Shown here: positions 24,771-31,589 of the stretch, one piece after another
Numbering within the stretch: position 1 is the first letter of the stretch
How the letters are laid out: every line of letters starts with the position of its first letter
DNA from: a virus
Lineage: Duplodnaviria; Caudoviricetes
DNA: 31,589 nucleotides
IMG/VR virus record: IMGVR_UViG_3300014613_001720
Location: 1 to 31,589 of that record
Strand: one strand, 5' to 3'
The notes under the pieces: generated by a model
What the model saw: only the letters and a program-made list of their open reading frames with translations
What the model was told of the DNA's origin: nothing
Databases searched by the model: none
Made by a program: the position numbers and the translations under genes

Positions 24771-24932
24771 ATGAAAATGAAAGATTTTGTTAAAAGATTA
24801 GAAGCCGGTTTTCCTGTTATGATGGAGAAAGAAGATGCTGTTCGTGTTCTTAATGTTTGTTTTAAATTTATGATAAAAGCCTTATATGAAATGGGTTATG
24901 AAATTATAAGGAAGGAGAATCAAAAAAGATGA
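24771..24932 (+). CDS. Hypothetical protein (53 aa)
   Basis: MKMKDFVKRLEAGFP...; GGAG SD. Confidence 0.55.
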   Translation: MKMKDFVKRLEAGFPVMMEKEDAVRVLNVCFKFMIKALYEMGYEIIRKENQKR

Positions 24933-25096
24933 AAACAACAGCAGAACTTAAGGAACAATTAAATTATATTTTATATTCTATTTTTTTATCCCCACCTTTT
25001 GATGAAATACGAATAGGGGATATACGGGTAGTGGTAGAGGAGAGAAAAAAATATATATTAAATTTATTTGAAGAATTTTATAGGAGAAAAATATGA
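24929..25096 (+). CDS. Hypothetical protein (55 aa)
   Basis: ATGA overlaps at both ends; AAGGAG SD. Confidence 0.55.
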   Translation: MKTTAELKEQLNYILYSIFLSPPFDEIRIGDIRVVVEERKKYILNLFEEFYRRKI

Positions 25097-25560
25097 TAAT
25101 CAAAGGAAATATCATCCGTAAAAAGGATGATGGTAATAGGATTTCATTCCTAATCGGCCAGGACTGGCTTTCAACCTTCAGGAATGATAACAACAAGGAT
25201 TTAACGGACACCCTGGAATTTCTAAAGGAAGGTTCTTTTGTGCAATTTGAGTGTTTTAAGAACACTAAGGGATTTATCAATATTACAGGGATTGTCCCTT
25301 ATACTCCAGCCCCCAAAGAAACAGGGGAAAAGGGGGAAACGGAAAAAGAAGCATCCCAAGTTCCAGAAAAGAGAGAAGAGAAATTTGACTTCCCTAATGT
25401 TCAGAGGTTGATTGTGGCTCAAAGCACGCTTGGTCATGCTATTGCCGCAGTGGCGAGTGTTGATAAAATGGACATGAGCCAGGAGGAGCAGCTAACTCTT
25501 ATTAACAAAATTTGGGGTGAATACTTCCAGGAGGTTTTCCACAAGGGTGAGGAAAAATAA
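25093..25560 (+). CDS. Putative OB-fold ssDNA-binding protein
   Basis: N-terminal W.S.F...G..V.......GF.NI beta domain, charged linker, Q..I..QS.L..A helical C-terminus. Confidence 0.5.
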   Translation: MIIKGNIIRKKDDGNRISFLIGQDWLSTFRNDNNKDLTDTLEFLKEGSFVQFECFKNTKGFINITGIVPYTPAPKETGEKGETEKEASQVPEKREEKFDFPNVQRLIVAQSTLGHAIAAVASVDKMDMSQEEQLTLINKIWGEYFQEVFHKGEEK

Positions 25561-25802
25561 TGGGAATGTTTGATTATATAAAATTTAATATTCCATGTCC
25601 TGTTTGTAAAAACATGATTGATGAGTTTCAAAGTAAAGATGGTGATTGTGAGATGGAAACCTTAGAATTTTGGGAAGTAGATAGATTCTATATATCCTGT
25701 AAGCATTGTGGCACATGGATAGAATACAATAGAATTAAAGAAAGACAGCCATCCTCCATTGAAGAGTATGAACTAACGATAAAGAAAAAGGAGGAAAAAT
25801 GA
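25560..25802 (+). CDS. Zn-ribbon phage protein
   Basis: MGMFD...CPxC...FQSKD..C ... CxxC. Confidence 0.7.
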   Translation: MGMFDYIKFNIPCPVCKNMIDEFQSKDGDCEMETLEFWEVDRFYISCKHCGTWIEYNRIKERQPSSIEEYELTIKKKEEK

Positions 25803-25990
25803 TACCCTGCACTTGTCAGGATGGATGGATTCAAAAGGCTATGCTTTGGGATGGCCGTCCTTATTCCTTCGTCAATTTCTGTTCTTGTCCGCTTGGGGAA
25901 AAGAAAAAGGAGAATTGGCGATTCTTTGAGCGGGAAAGGGAAAGGGGAATGGAGGGGTATTATTATAAAAGATATGGGAGGTTAGTCTAA
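25799..25990 (+). CDS. Small Cys-rich protein
   Basis: C.C..G ... C.C..G; AGGAGG SD. Confidence 0.55.
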   Translation: MIPCTCQDGWIQKAMLWDGRPYSFVNFCSCPLGEKKKENWRFFERERERGMEGYYYKRYGRLV

Positions 25991-26015
25991 TTTAAAATAA
26001 AAAGGAGATTAAAAA

Positions 26016-26324
26016 ATGAGTGAATTAAAAATTGATAGTGAAAGAGTCTTAAAGGCAAGTGAGTCTTGTTCACAGGCAAAAGAGATTTTAAGGACCTTGT
26101 TTCCTGAGGTGTTTGAGAAACAAAAAGAGTGGGAAAATGTTTCTTCTAGGGTAGGGTTTTTCAAGGGGGAATTTTCCGAGAATGACATACAGGGAAAAAT
26201 AGAGAGCACTATGTTCTATCTTTGCGTTGATGACCTTGACACTCCATTTGTGTTGTTGTCATCATTTAATCACGACAAGGATTATAAAATTGCGAATGGC
26301 AAGCTCTGGAGATTAAAAAAATAA
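26016..26324 (+). CDS. Hypothetical protein, paralogue of 28805..29176
   Basis: ER.L.....C......L..LFPE.FE N-terminus. Confidence 0.7.
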   Translation: MSELKIDSERVLKASESCSQAKEILRTLFPEVFEKQKEWENVSSRVGFFKGEFSENDIQGKIESTMFYLCVDDLDTPFVLLSSFNHDKDYKIANGKLWRLKK

Positions 26325-26409
26325 TGAAAATAATAGAAACACCTGAAAAGACACTAGAGGTTTATAACCACATCCGAGAAAAGGTAGATAAGCCAAGGCG
26401 GGAAGGGAA

Positions 26410-27081
26410 ATGAAAGAAATATATTCAAATAAGGTTAAGGCACATACTCGGTATAAGCTGTCTGATGGGACGCCTATCCCGGGGGTGACAACAGTCATTA
26501 GGGACTCCCTCGGCTGGAATAAGCAATTTCTTATTAAATGGGCTAATAATTTAGGGCTTCAGGGCATTGACTCGGAAAAATACAAAGATGAAAAGGGGAA
26601 CATTGGAACACTTGCTCACCAGATGATTATTGATTATTTGAATGGGAAAAAGACAAATACTGATGAGTATAGCAAGGAAATTATAGATAGGGCAGAGAAC
26701 TCTTTATTGAGCTTTTTTGCATGGGAAAAATCAAATAAACTTGAACCGATTCTATTAGAGACTCCCCTTGTTAGCGAGCAGTGGCAATATGGTGGAACAT
26801 TGGATATTTATACCAAGAATAATGGGGTTCTTGAACTGATAGACTTTAAAACAGGGGTGGGGATTTATGATGAACATCTGATTCAAATAGCAGCACTAAA
26901 AGAACTACTTCAAGAACATGGTTATCAAGTGGAGAAGGGGAGAATACTTAACATCCCCAGGGCTGAGAATGAGTTGTTTATGGAACGGGTTATTTTGGAT
27001 GCTACCATATATTTCAAGGTGTTTTTGAATTGTCTGTCTCTTTATAACTTAAAAAAAGAAATAAGAGAAGGGAAAAAATGA
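26410..27081 (+). CDS. RecB/Cas4-like PD-(D/E)XK exonuclease
   Basis: P.VTT, GT..H, E..L......GT.D, IDFKT, Q..A motifs. Confidence 0.85.
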   Translation: MKEIYSNKVKAHTRYKLSDGTPIPGVTTVIRDSLGWNKQFLIKWANNLGLQGIDSEKYKDEKGNIGTLAHQMIIDYLNGKKTNTDEYSKEIIDRAENSLLSFFAWEKSNKLEPILLETPLVSEQWQYGGTLDIYTKNNGVLELIDFKTGVGIYDEHLIQIAALKELLQEHGYQVEKGRILNIPRAENELFMERVILDATIYFKVFLNCLSLYNLKKEIREGKK

Positions 27082-27266
27082 ATATTTATAAGCGATGGTG
27101 TAGTGACATTCTATTCCCTGAAGTGCAGGATAACATCGCACTGAGAAAGATAGCTTATGGCATATTGCCTAAGTGTAAGAAATGTCAAAAGGAATGTAAG
27201 CAATCTGGTTGCGAGAACCTTATTAAGTTTGAGTGCTATGACTTTGTAAAGAAGCAAAAGAAATGA
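27078..27266 (+). CDS. Small Cys-rich protein
   Basis: CxxCxxxCKQ......C..F. Confidence 0.6.
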   Translation: MNIYKRWCSDILFPEVQDNIALRKIAYGILPKCKKCQKECKQSGCENLIKFECYDFVKKQKK

Positions 27267-28297
27267 ACCAATACCTTCCTAAAACAGCTAAGGACATTAA
27301 AAATCAAGGTGATTTAAAGAAAGTCCTTTCTTCTTGTGTTGATTTGTGTAGTGCTAATAGGGCAAAGGATGCCTTAAAGTATCTTAAGTCTTTATTTGGT
27401 GAAGAGAAATTCACTCAAAGCATGGCTGTGGAAGTGGATAATTGGGTGTGTTCCTCACAAGGGTGGTTTCGTTCCTCAGACCTTTACTCCTTTCTTCATA
27501 TTTCCTCATTACAGGGGAAAAAGAATGTTTATACGATTTTAAACAGGCTTAAGGAAAAGGGACAGATAGAGAAACATACAAAGAAAGAAGGGCTTTGGAG
27601 GCGAATTGAACGGGACTTGGTAGCGATGGATTGGATTAATGCCCCCGATGCAGGGATGTCCCTTTCGTTTCCGTTTGAATTAGAGAAACTAGTGCAAATA
27701 TTCCCTAGCAATATTGTGTGTGTGGCGGGAACTTATAATGCAGGGAAAACACTTTTTCTCTTGGACTTCATCAGGCTTAACATGAACGCCCATGAGATTC
27801 ATTACTTCAACTGCGAGATGGGAGATTCAGAACTAAAGAAACACCTTGCCAAGTTTAAAGGCATAGACCTAACTGAATGGAATTTTAAGGCATGGGAGAG
27901 ATCATCTGGATTCTCTGATGTAGTTGTGCCTAATGCCATTAATGTGATAGACTATTTGACGGAAACTGAAGAATATTATCTAATGGCAAATCACATTAAA
28001 GACATTCATAGGAAATTGACTAGTGGGATCGCCATTATTGGATTGCAAAAGAATCCTCAATCAGAGGTAGGCAGGGGTGGCTATCCTACCCTTGACCTTG
28101 CCCGCTTGTATTTATCTTTGAATTGGGATACAATAAAGATAGTGAAAGCAAAGTGTTGGGCGACAAGTGAAGACCCAAATAAACTTATTAGAAGTTTTAA
28201 GTTAGGAAATGATGGTGGATTTGAAGCGACAAGCAACTGGTATAAAGATGAGGAAAAAGAGTTTTATAAAGACAATAAAAAACTATTTAAAGCATAA
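27263..28297 (+). CDS. Winged-helix + RecA-fold ATPase (putative replicative helicase)
   Basis: L.RL...G.IE......G.W.R wHTH; Walker A AGTYNAGKT; YFN.EM; Walker B VIDYL; LQK. Confidence 0.75.
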   Translation: MNQYLPKTAKDIKNQGDLKKVLSSCVDLCSANRAKDALKYLKSLFGEEKFTQSMAVEVDNWVCSSQGWFRSSDLYSFLHISSLQGKKNVYTILNRLKEKGQIEKHTKKEGLWRRIERDLVAMDWINAPDAGMSLSFPFELEKLVQIFPSNIVCVAGTYNAGKTLFLLDFIRLNMNAHEIHYFNCEMGDSELKKHLAKFKGIDLTEWNFKAWERSSGFSDVVVPNAINVIDYLTETEEYYLMANHIKDIHRKLTSGIAIIGLQKNPQSEVGRGGYPTLDLARLYLSLNWDTIKIVKAKCWATSEDPNKLIRSFKLGNDGGFEATSNWYKDEEKEFYKDNKKLFKA

Positions 28298-28308
28298 GGG
28301 AAATAACG

Positions 28309-28515
28309 ATGATTCGTTTTATTGATTTAGGAGAACAAATTTTAGAGGGACAAAAAAGCTTTGCATGGTTTGATACAATAACTGATACTTTTATTGAATA
28401 TGATGGGTATCAGACATGGGATTCATGGGAAGATTTCGCATATAGTTATCATCAAGAAAAGGTTTATTCGAAATTTCGTCCCCTAGAAAGATTTAAAAAA
28501 CTATTTAAAGCCTAA
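28309..28515 (+). CDS. Hypothetical protein
   Basis: Aromatic-rich 68-aa ORF flanked by direct repeats. Confidence 0.65.
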   Translation: MIRFIDLGEQILEGQKSFAWFDTITDTFIEYDGYQTWDSWEDFAYSYHQEKVYSKFRPLERFKKLFKA

Positions 28516-28527
28516 AGGAGGTTTAAA

Positions 28528-28803
28528 ATGAAAGTAATATCATTGAAACAGACTTGTGAAGCATGTCCATCTCAATGGGAAGGCACACTTGAAGATGGGC
28601 GAATGATCTACATTAGATATAGAGGGGGAAGTTTGACCGCAGATGTCAGTAAGATGGCAACAGATATTATTGGAGATGCTATTAATGGGGTGTGTATTTA
28701 TGAAGAAATAATTGGAGATAATATGGATGGATTTATGACTACCAGTAGGATGGTAGCTTATTTGGGTGGAGTTCTTGATTTTAGGTTTATAAAGGAGGTT
28801 TAA
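28528..28803 (+). CDS. Conserved phage hypothetical protein
   Basis: TC.ACP.QW.....DG...YIR.R.G.L; AGGAGG SD. Confidence 0.7.
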   Translation: MKVISLKQTCEACPSQWEGTLEDGRMIYIRYRGGSLTADVSKMATDIIGDAINGVCIYEEIIGDNMDGFMTTSRMVAYLGGVLDFRFIKEV

Positions 28804-28804
28804 C

Positions 28805-29176
28805 ATGAGTGAAAAAATGGAAACAACAAAAGAAAGGATTTTGGAAGTAGCTAAACAATGCACTACTGTGGAGAAGGCATTGAGAGGCTTGTTTCCAGAG
28901 GCATTTGAACCACAGGAAAAATGGGAAGTTTTTGCTCCAATAGTTGTAAATTCTACTTATTCCAAAGGCTTATTTCTCGTTGATGCGACAAATAACAAAT
29001 ATATTTTATTGGTTTCTTTACCAAAGGGTGGGATAGCCTTAACCTCACCCGATAGTCCCTGGGATGAAAATAGAATACAGCTTTGTGATGCTATGGTTTT
29101 TATTGCTCATGGTGTAAAAGAGAATACTTATCGCATTAGTCAAGGTGGACTTTTAGAAAAAAGGAGAGAAAAATGA
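28805..29176 (+). CDS. Hypothetical protein, paralogue of 26016..26324
   Basis: Shared LFPE.FE N-terminal domain. Confidence 0.7.
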   Translation: MSEKMETTKERILEVAKQCTTVEKALRGLFPEAFEPQEKWEVFAPIVVNSTYSKGLFLVDATNNKYILLVSLPKGGIALTSPDSPWDENRIQLCDAMVFIAHGVKENTYRISQGGLLEKRREK

Positions 29177-29442
29177 CTAAACAAGAAGCAAAGGCAATCT
29201 TCCCTGGGAATTTTTCATGGGAATTGGCAATGGAACAAATTTATGAAGAACTCGGTTATGAGGTGGTGGATAGGAATATTCCCGAAGAAGAATGGGAAAA
29301 GATTATAAAGAGAGAACAGAAAGACCCCTTGCCTATTGAGGCAAAGCCTACTGATCCCTTAAGGATCGATGATCTCCCTTCTTTCTCTCAACTGAAGAAC
29401 TTTTTTAAGAAGGTGAATGGAGAAGAAAATGGACACAAATAA
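29173..29442 (+). CDS. Hypothetical protein
   Basis: AAGGAG SD; overlap with neighbours. Confidence 0.6.
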   Translation: MTKQEAKAIFPGNFSWELAMEQIYEELGYEVVDRNIPEEEWEKIIKREQKDPLPIEAKPTDPLRIDDLPSFSQLKNFFKKVNGEENGHK

Positions 29443-29869
29443 ATTAAAAAAGGAAGCAAAAGAAGATTATTTGGTTATTCTAAAAAGAATAGAAATAGGA
29501 TGTGAAATTGGTAATATAGTAGAAACATTATTGCCTAATGATTGGAAAATAGGGTTTAGTGGTTATACCATAGAATTTGTTTGTTATACTGCAGATCATC
29601 CCAAAGAAGAATTTAAGTTTGTTTGTGGCTTGGTAGAAAAAGCAATAAACAAGAAATTAACTAGAAACGTTTCCCAATATGGGGGAACTTATTATGGATT
29701 AAATGCTGATGGTTGCATAGAATTTGAGCATAATAAAAAGATAGAGTATGTATGGGTTCGAGTTTATTTGGGGAAACCTAAAGGATGCGAGGTTGAAGTG
29801 ATTGAAGAAACAAGGAAATTCTTTAAGGTTACTGATGCATGTTTGGGGATAGGAGATGTTAATGTGTGA
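29417..29869 (+). CDS. Hypothetical protein
   Basis: 150-aa ORF in the operon. Confidence 0.65.
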   Translation: MEKKMDTNKLKKEAKEDYLVILKRIEIGCEIGNIVETLLPNDWKIGFSGYTIEFVCYTADHPKEEFKFVCGLVEKAINKKLTRNVSQYGGTYYGLNADGCIEFEHNKKIEYVWVRVYLGKPKGCEVEVIEETRKFFKVTDACLGIGDVNV

Positions 29870-30080
29870 ATCAAGCGAAGTCTATTATTGTGAGAAATGT
29901 GGGGAAAGGCAGGTTCATCTTATCTCTGGCTCTGGAAGGCTTGCTATCTGCCTTGGATGTGGGGATGAGAAGCAAACTGGTTGCCTTAATAAGTGGATAG
30001 GTGAATCCCCAGACGAAGTTATTTATTCTGCTTCATATCAACAAGACCGCTTCTATAGAGAAGCTAGAGAGGAGGATTAA
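29856..30080 (+). CDS. Zn-finger protein
   Basis: CxxC...H ... CxxCG. Confidence 0.6.
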   Translation: MLMCESSEVYYCEKCGERQVHLISGSGRLAICLGCGDEKQTGCLNKWIGESPDEVIYSASYQQDRFYREAREED

Positions 30081-30545
30081 ATGATTCCACAAAAGAAACG
30101 TATGAGTTCTATTATGGAAAATAAGTATCACTCTGGATTCTGTATTGATTGTGGCAAGAAGCTGCCAACGATATGGTTCAAGAACAATATGACAGGCAGG
30201 TGCCAAAAGTGCTACTGGAAAAGCATAAGGGGAGTCAAAACTCCCCGTATGCACAGCCACCAGAGTGCGTTTGACTCCTGCTTTGGCAAGAAGGTAAAGA
30301 TTTGGACTCATTGCCATAAGTGCCAAGCGTGGTTTGAGCTTAGGGATGGGCAGCAGGGATGCAAGAAATCCAATGGCGAGTATATGGCATGGTGTCCCGC
30401 TTGCCGAGAGATGGATGAATATATTAATTTTTCCGTTTATCATCAGGATCGTTTTCCTGTTCGGGGAATGGACCCAAAGGGCGATTCTGAAGATCGTCCA
30501 ATTGATACAAAAGATGATTATGGATTTCAGGAGGATTGTATATGA
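30081..30545 (+). CDS. Double Zn-finger protein
   Basis: Four CxxC motifs; GAGGAGG SD. Confidence 0.65.
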   Translation: MIPQKKRMSSIMENKYHSGFCIDCGKKLPTIWFKNNMTGRCQKCYWKSIRGVKTPRMHSHQSAFDSCFGKKVKIWTHCHKCQAWFELRDGQQGCKKSNGEYMAWCPACREMDEYINFSVYHQDRFPVRGMDPKGDSEDRPIDTKDDYGFQEDCI

Positions 30546-30943
30546 GCCAAAGGTTGCCTAAGCATGATACCCTCTCTAAGTATCCTGGTATCAGGGTGTA
30601 TAATGAGGGTAGAAATGATGGGCTTTATATCCACCTCCGAAAAGGGATATGGAAAATAAAAGATAAGGAAGGTAAGCCCAAAGAGATTCTCTATGACAAT
30701 GTTTCTTTTGTGGAGTTTTTTGATTCCAAAGAGGGACACATCTACTGGAAAGCAAGAAGTATGAAAACAAAGAAAGGTGGGACTCAATGGCATAACGATA
30801 TCATTAGTGTCCCTAGGGTGTTGATTCCCAAGATTATTGAGGCATTACAGAAGCTTATGGGGGAGAGCAAAGAGGAGATTGGGGAAAAATTAGAGCAAGA
30901 GAAACTAAGCGATGAACTTAGGGGTCTTGCTGAGGAATTTTAA
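30536..30943 (+). CDS. Putative PC4-like ssDNA-binding protein
   Basis: Beta region then ISVP..LI..IIEAL.K helix; acidic tail ending EEF. Confidence 0.45.
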   Translation: MYMSQRLPKHDTLSKYPGIRVYNEGRNDGLYIHLRKGIWKIKDKEGKPKEILYDNVSFVEFFDSKEGHIYWKARSMKTKKGGTQWHNDIISVPRVLIPKIIEALQKLMGESKEEIGEKLEQEKLSDELRGLAEEF

Positions 30944-30952
30944 GGAGGAAAA

Positions 30953-31225
30953 ATGAGACAAGAGAAAAAGCCAAATAGAGATGATCTTATTCAAAGATTC
31001 AATTCTTGGAAAGCAGGATATCTTCTAAAAACTTCTTATCAATGGGTAGAAAATCCTGAAGTAGTATATCAGAAAATTAAAAATTTAGTGGTAGAAGGGC
31101 TAACTACCGATGGAGAACATCATAAACAATGGTATTTAGAACAAGTTCTTATTATTTTAGGTGTTGATCTGGAGGATTTAAGGACTAATGGATATACATT
31201 TTGGGATAAAGGAATAGCTCCATAG
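30953..31225 (+). CDS. Conserved phage hypothetical protein
   Basis: DG.HHKQW.L.Q ... GIAP motif; AAGGAGG SD. Confidence 0.7.
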   Translation: MRQEKKPNRDDLIQRFNSWKAGYLLKTSYQWVENPEVVYQKIKNLVVEGLTTDGEHHKQWYLEQVLIILGVDLEDLRTNGYTFWDKGIAP

Positions 31226-31233
31226 GAGAAACA

Positions 31234-31491
31234 ATGAGAGAAAAAGAGCCAATGTCAATGGAGGAGTATGCTGATAGGATAACGGAGAAGATAGCAATAA
31301 AACATTCCCCATGCGAACTTATTTGGTATAACCCATTTTTGCAAATTAATTTTAGGGGGAACAGCCTTCTCTATGACATCATTTTTGCTGCCATTCAGTT
31401 ATTCCAAGAGATGCAGGATGAGAAGAACATAAACTTGAAAGAGCAGTATCAATTAGAGAAGTTAGAAAAAGAAAGACAGGAGGGGAAATGA
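31234..31491 (+). CDS. Hypothetical protein
   Basis: AGGAG SD. Confidence 0.6.
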   Translation: MREKEPMSMEEYADRITEKIAIKHSPCELIWYNPFLQINFRGNSLLYDIIFAAIQLFQEMQDEKNINLKEQYQLEKLEKERQEGK

Positions 31492-31589
31492 ATATTAAAG
31501 AAATGCTTATCGCATATTGCAAAGAACATGGATTTGATGGGCTTTGTGATCCTGAGTATGAGTGTAGTTGTGGTCTAGAAGATTTATTA
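31488..31589 (+). CDS. Cys-rich phage protein (partial)
   Basis: MNIKEMLIAYCKEHGFDGLCDPEYECSCGLEDL..., open to the window end. Confidence 0.6.
   Translation, partial: MNIKEMLIAYCKEHGFDGLCDPEYECSCGLEDLL

Noticed and set aside
26410-27081. CRISPR-associated Cas4
   Set aside because: No Fe-S cysteine cluster or cas context; ordinary phage RecB-type nuclease
24978-30793. Minus-strand ORFs opposite the right arm
   Set aside because: Antisense shadows of a tightly packed plus-strand operon
1-31589. Genome-wide stop-codon reassignment
   Set aside because: Long genes are intact in the standard code and TAA, TAG and TGA all end plausible genes; only one in-frame TGA case was seen

Overview
AT-rich fragment of a tailed (podovirus-like) phage genome with two divergent arms. 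Left arm (minus strand, ~1-22900): accessory genes each behind a near-consensus sigma70 promoter, a YprB/RNase H-like exonuclease, a holin-like/spanin-like pair, then a virion operon (P22-type portal, scaffold, cement, major capsid, head fibre, GroES, adaptor, nozzle, fibres). Right arm (plus strand, ~23740-31589): small early genes, OB-fold and PC4-like SSB candidates, a RecB-type nuclease and a wHTH-ATPase. The ~750 bp non-coding switch region carries a 42-bp palindrome, a (G4-W4)n G-quadruplex-type repeat and a sigma54-type site. Two signals stand out. First, a 58-aa LysW-type amino-group carrier protein (two CxxC, C-terminal EDWGE), missed by the ORF track and apparently made from a leaderless mRNA. 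Second, a tail nozzle gene split around an Asp-box propeller/FN3/stalk module, with a -1 slippery site that would fuse the halves. No terminase, integrase, DNA polymerase, endolysin, tRNA or CRISPR array was recognised. All family calls are by-eye motif recognition, not database hits.
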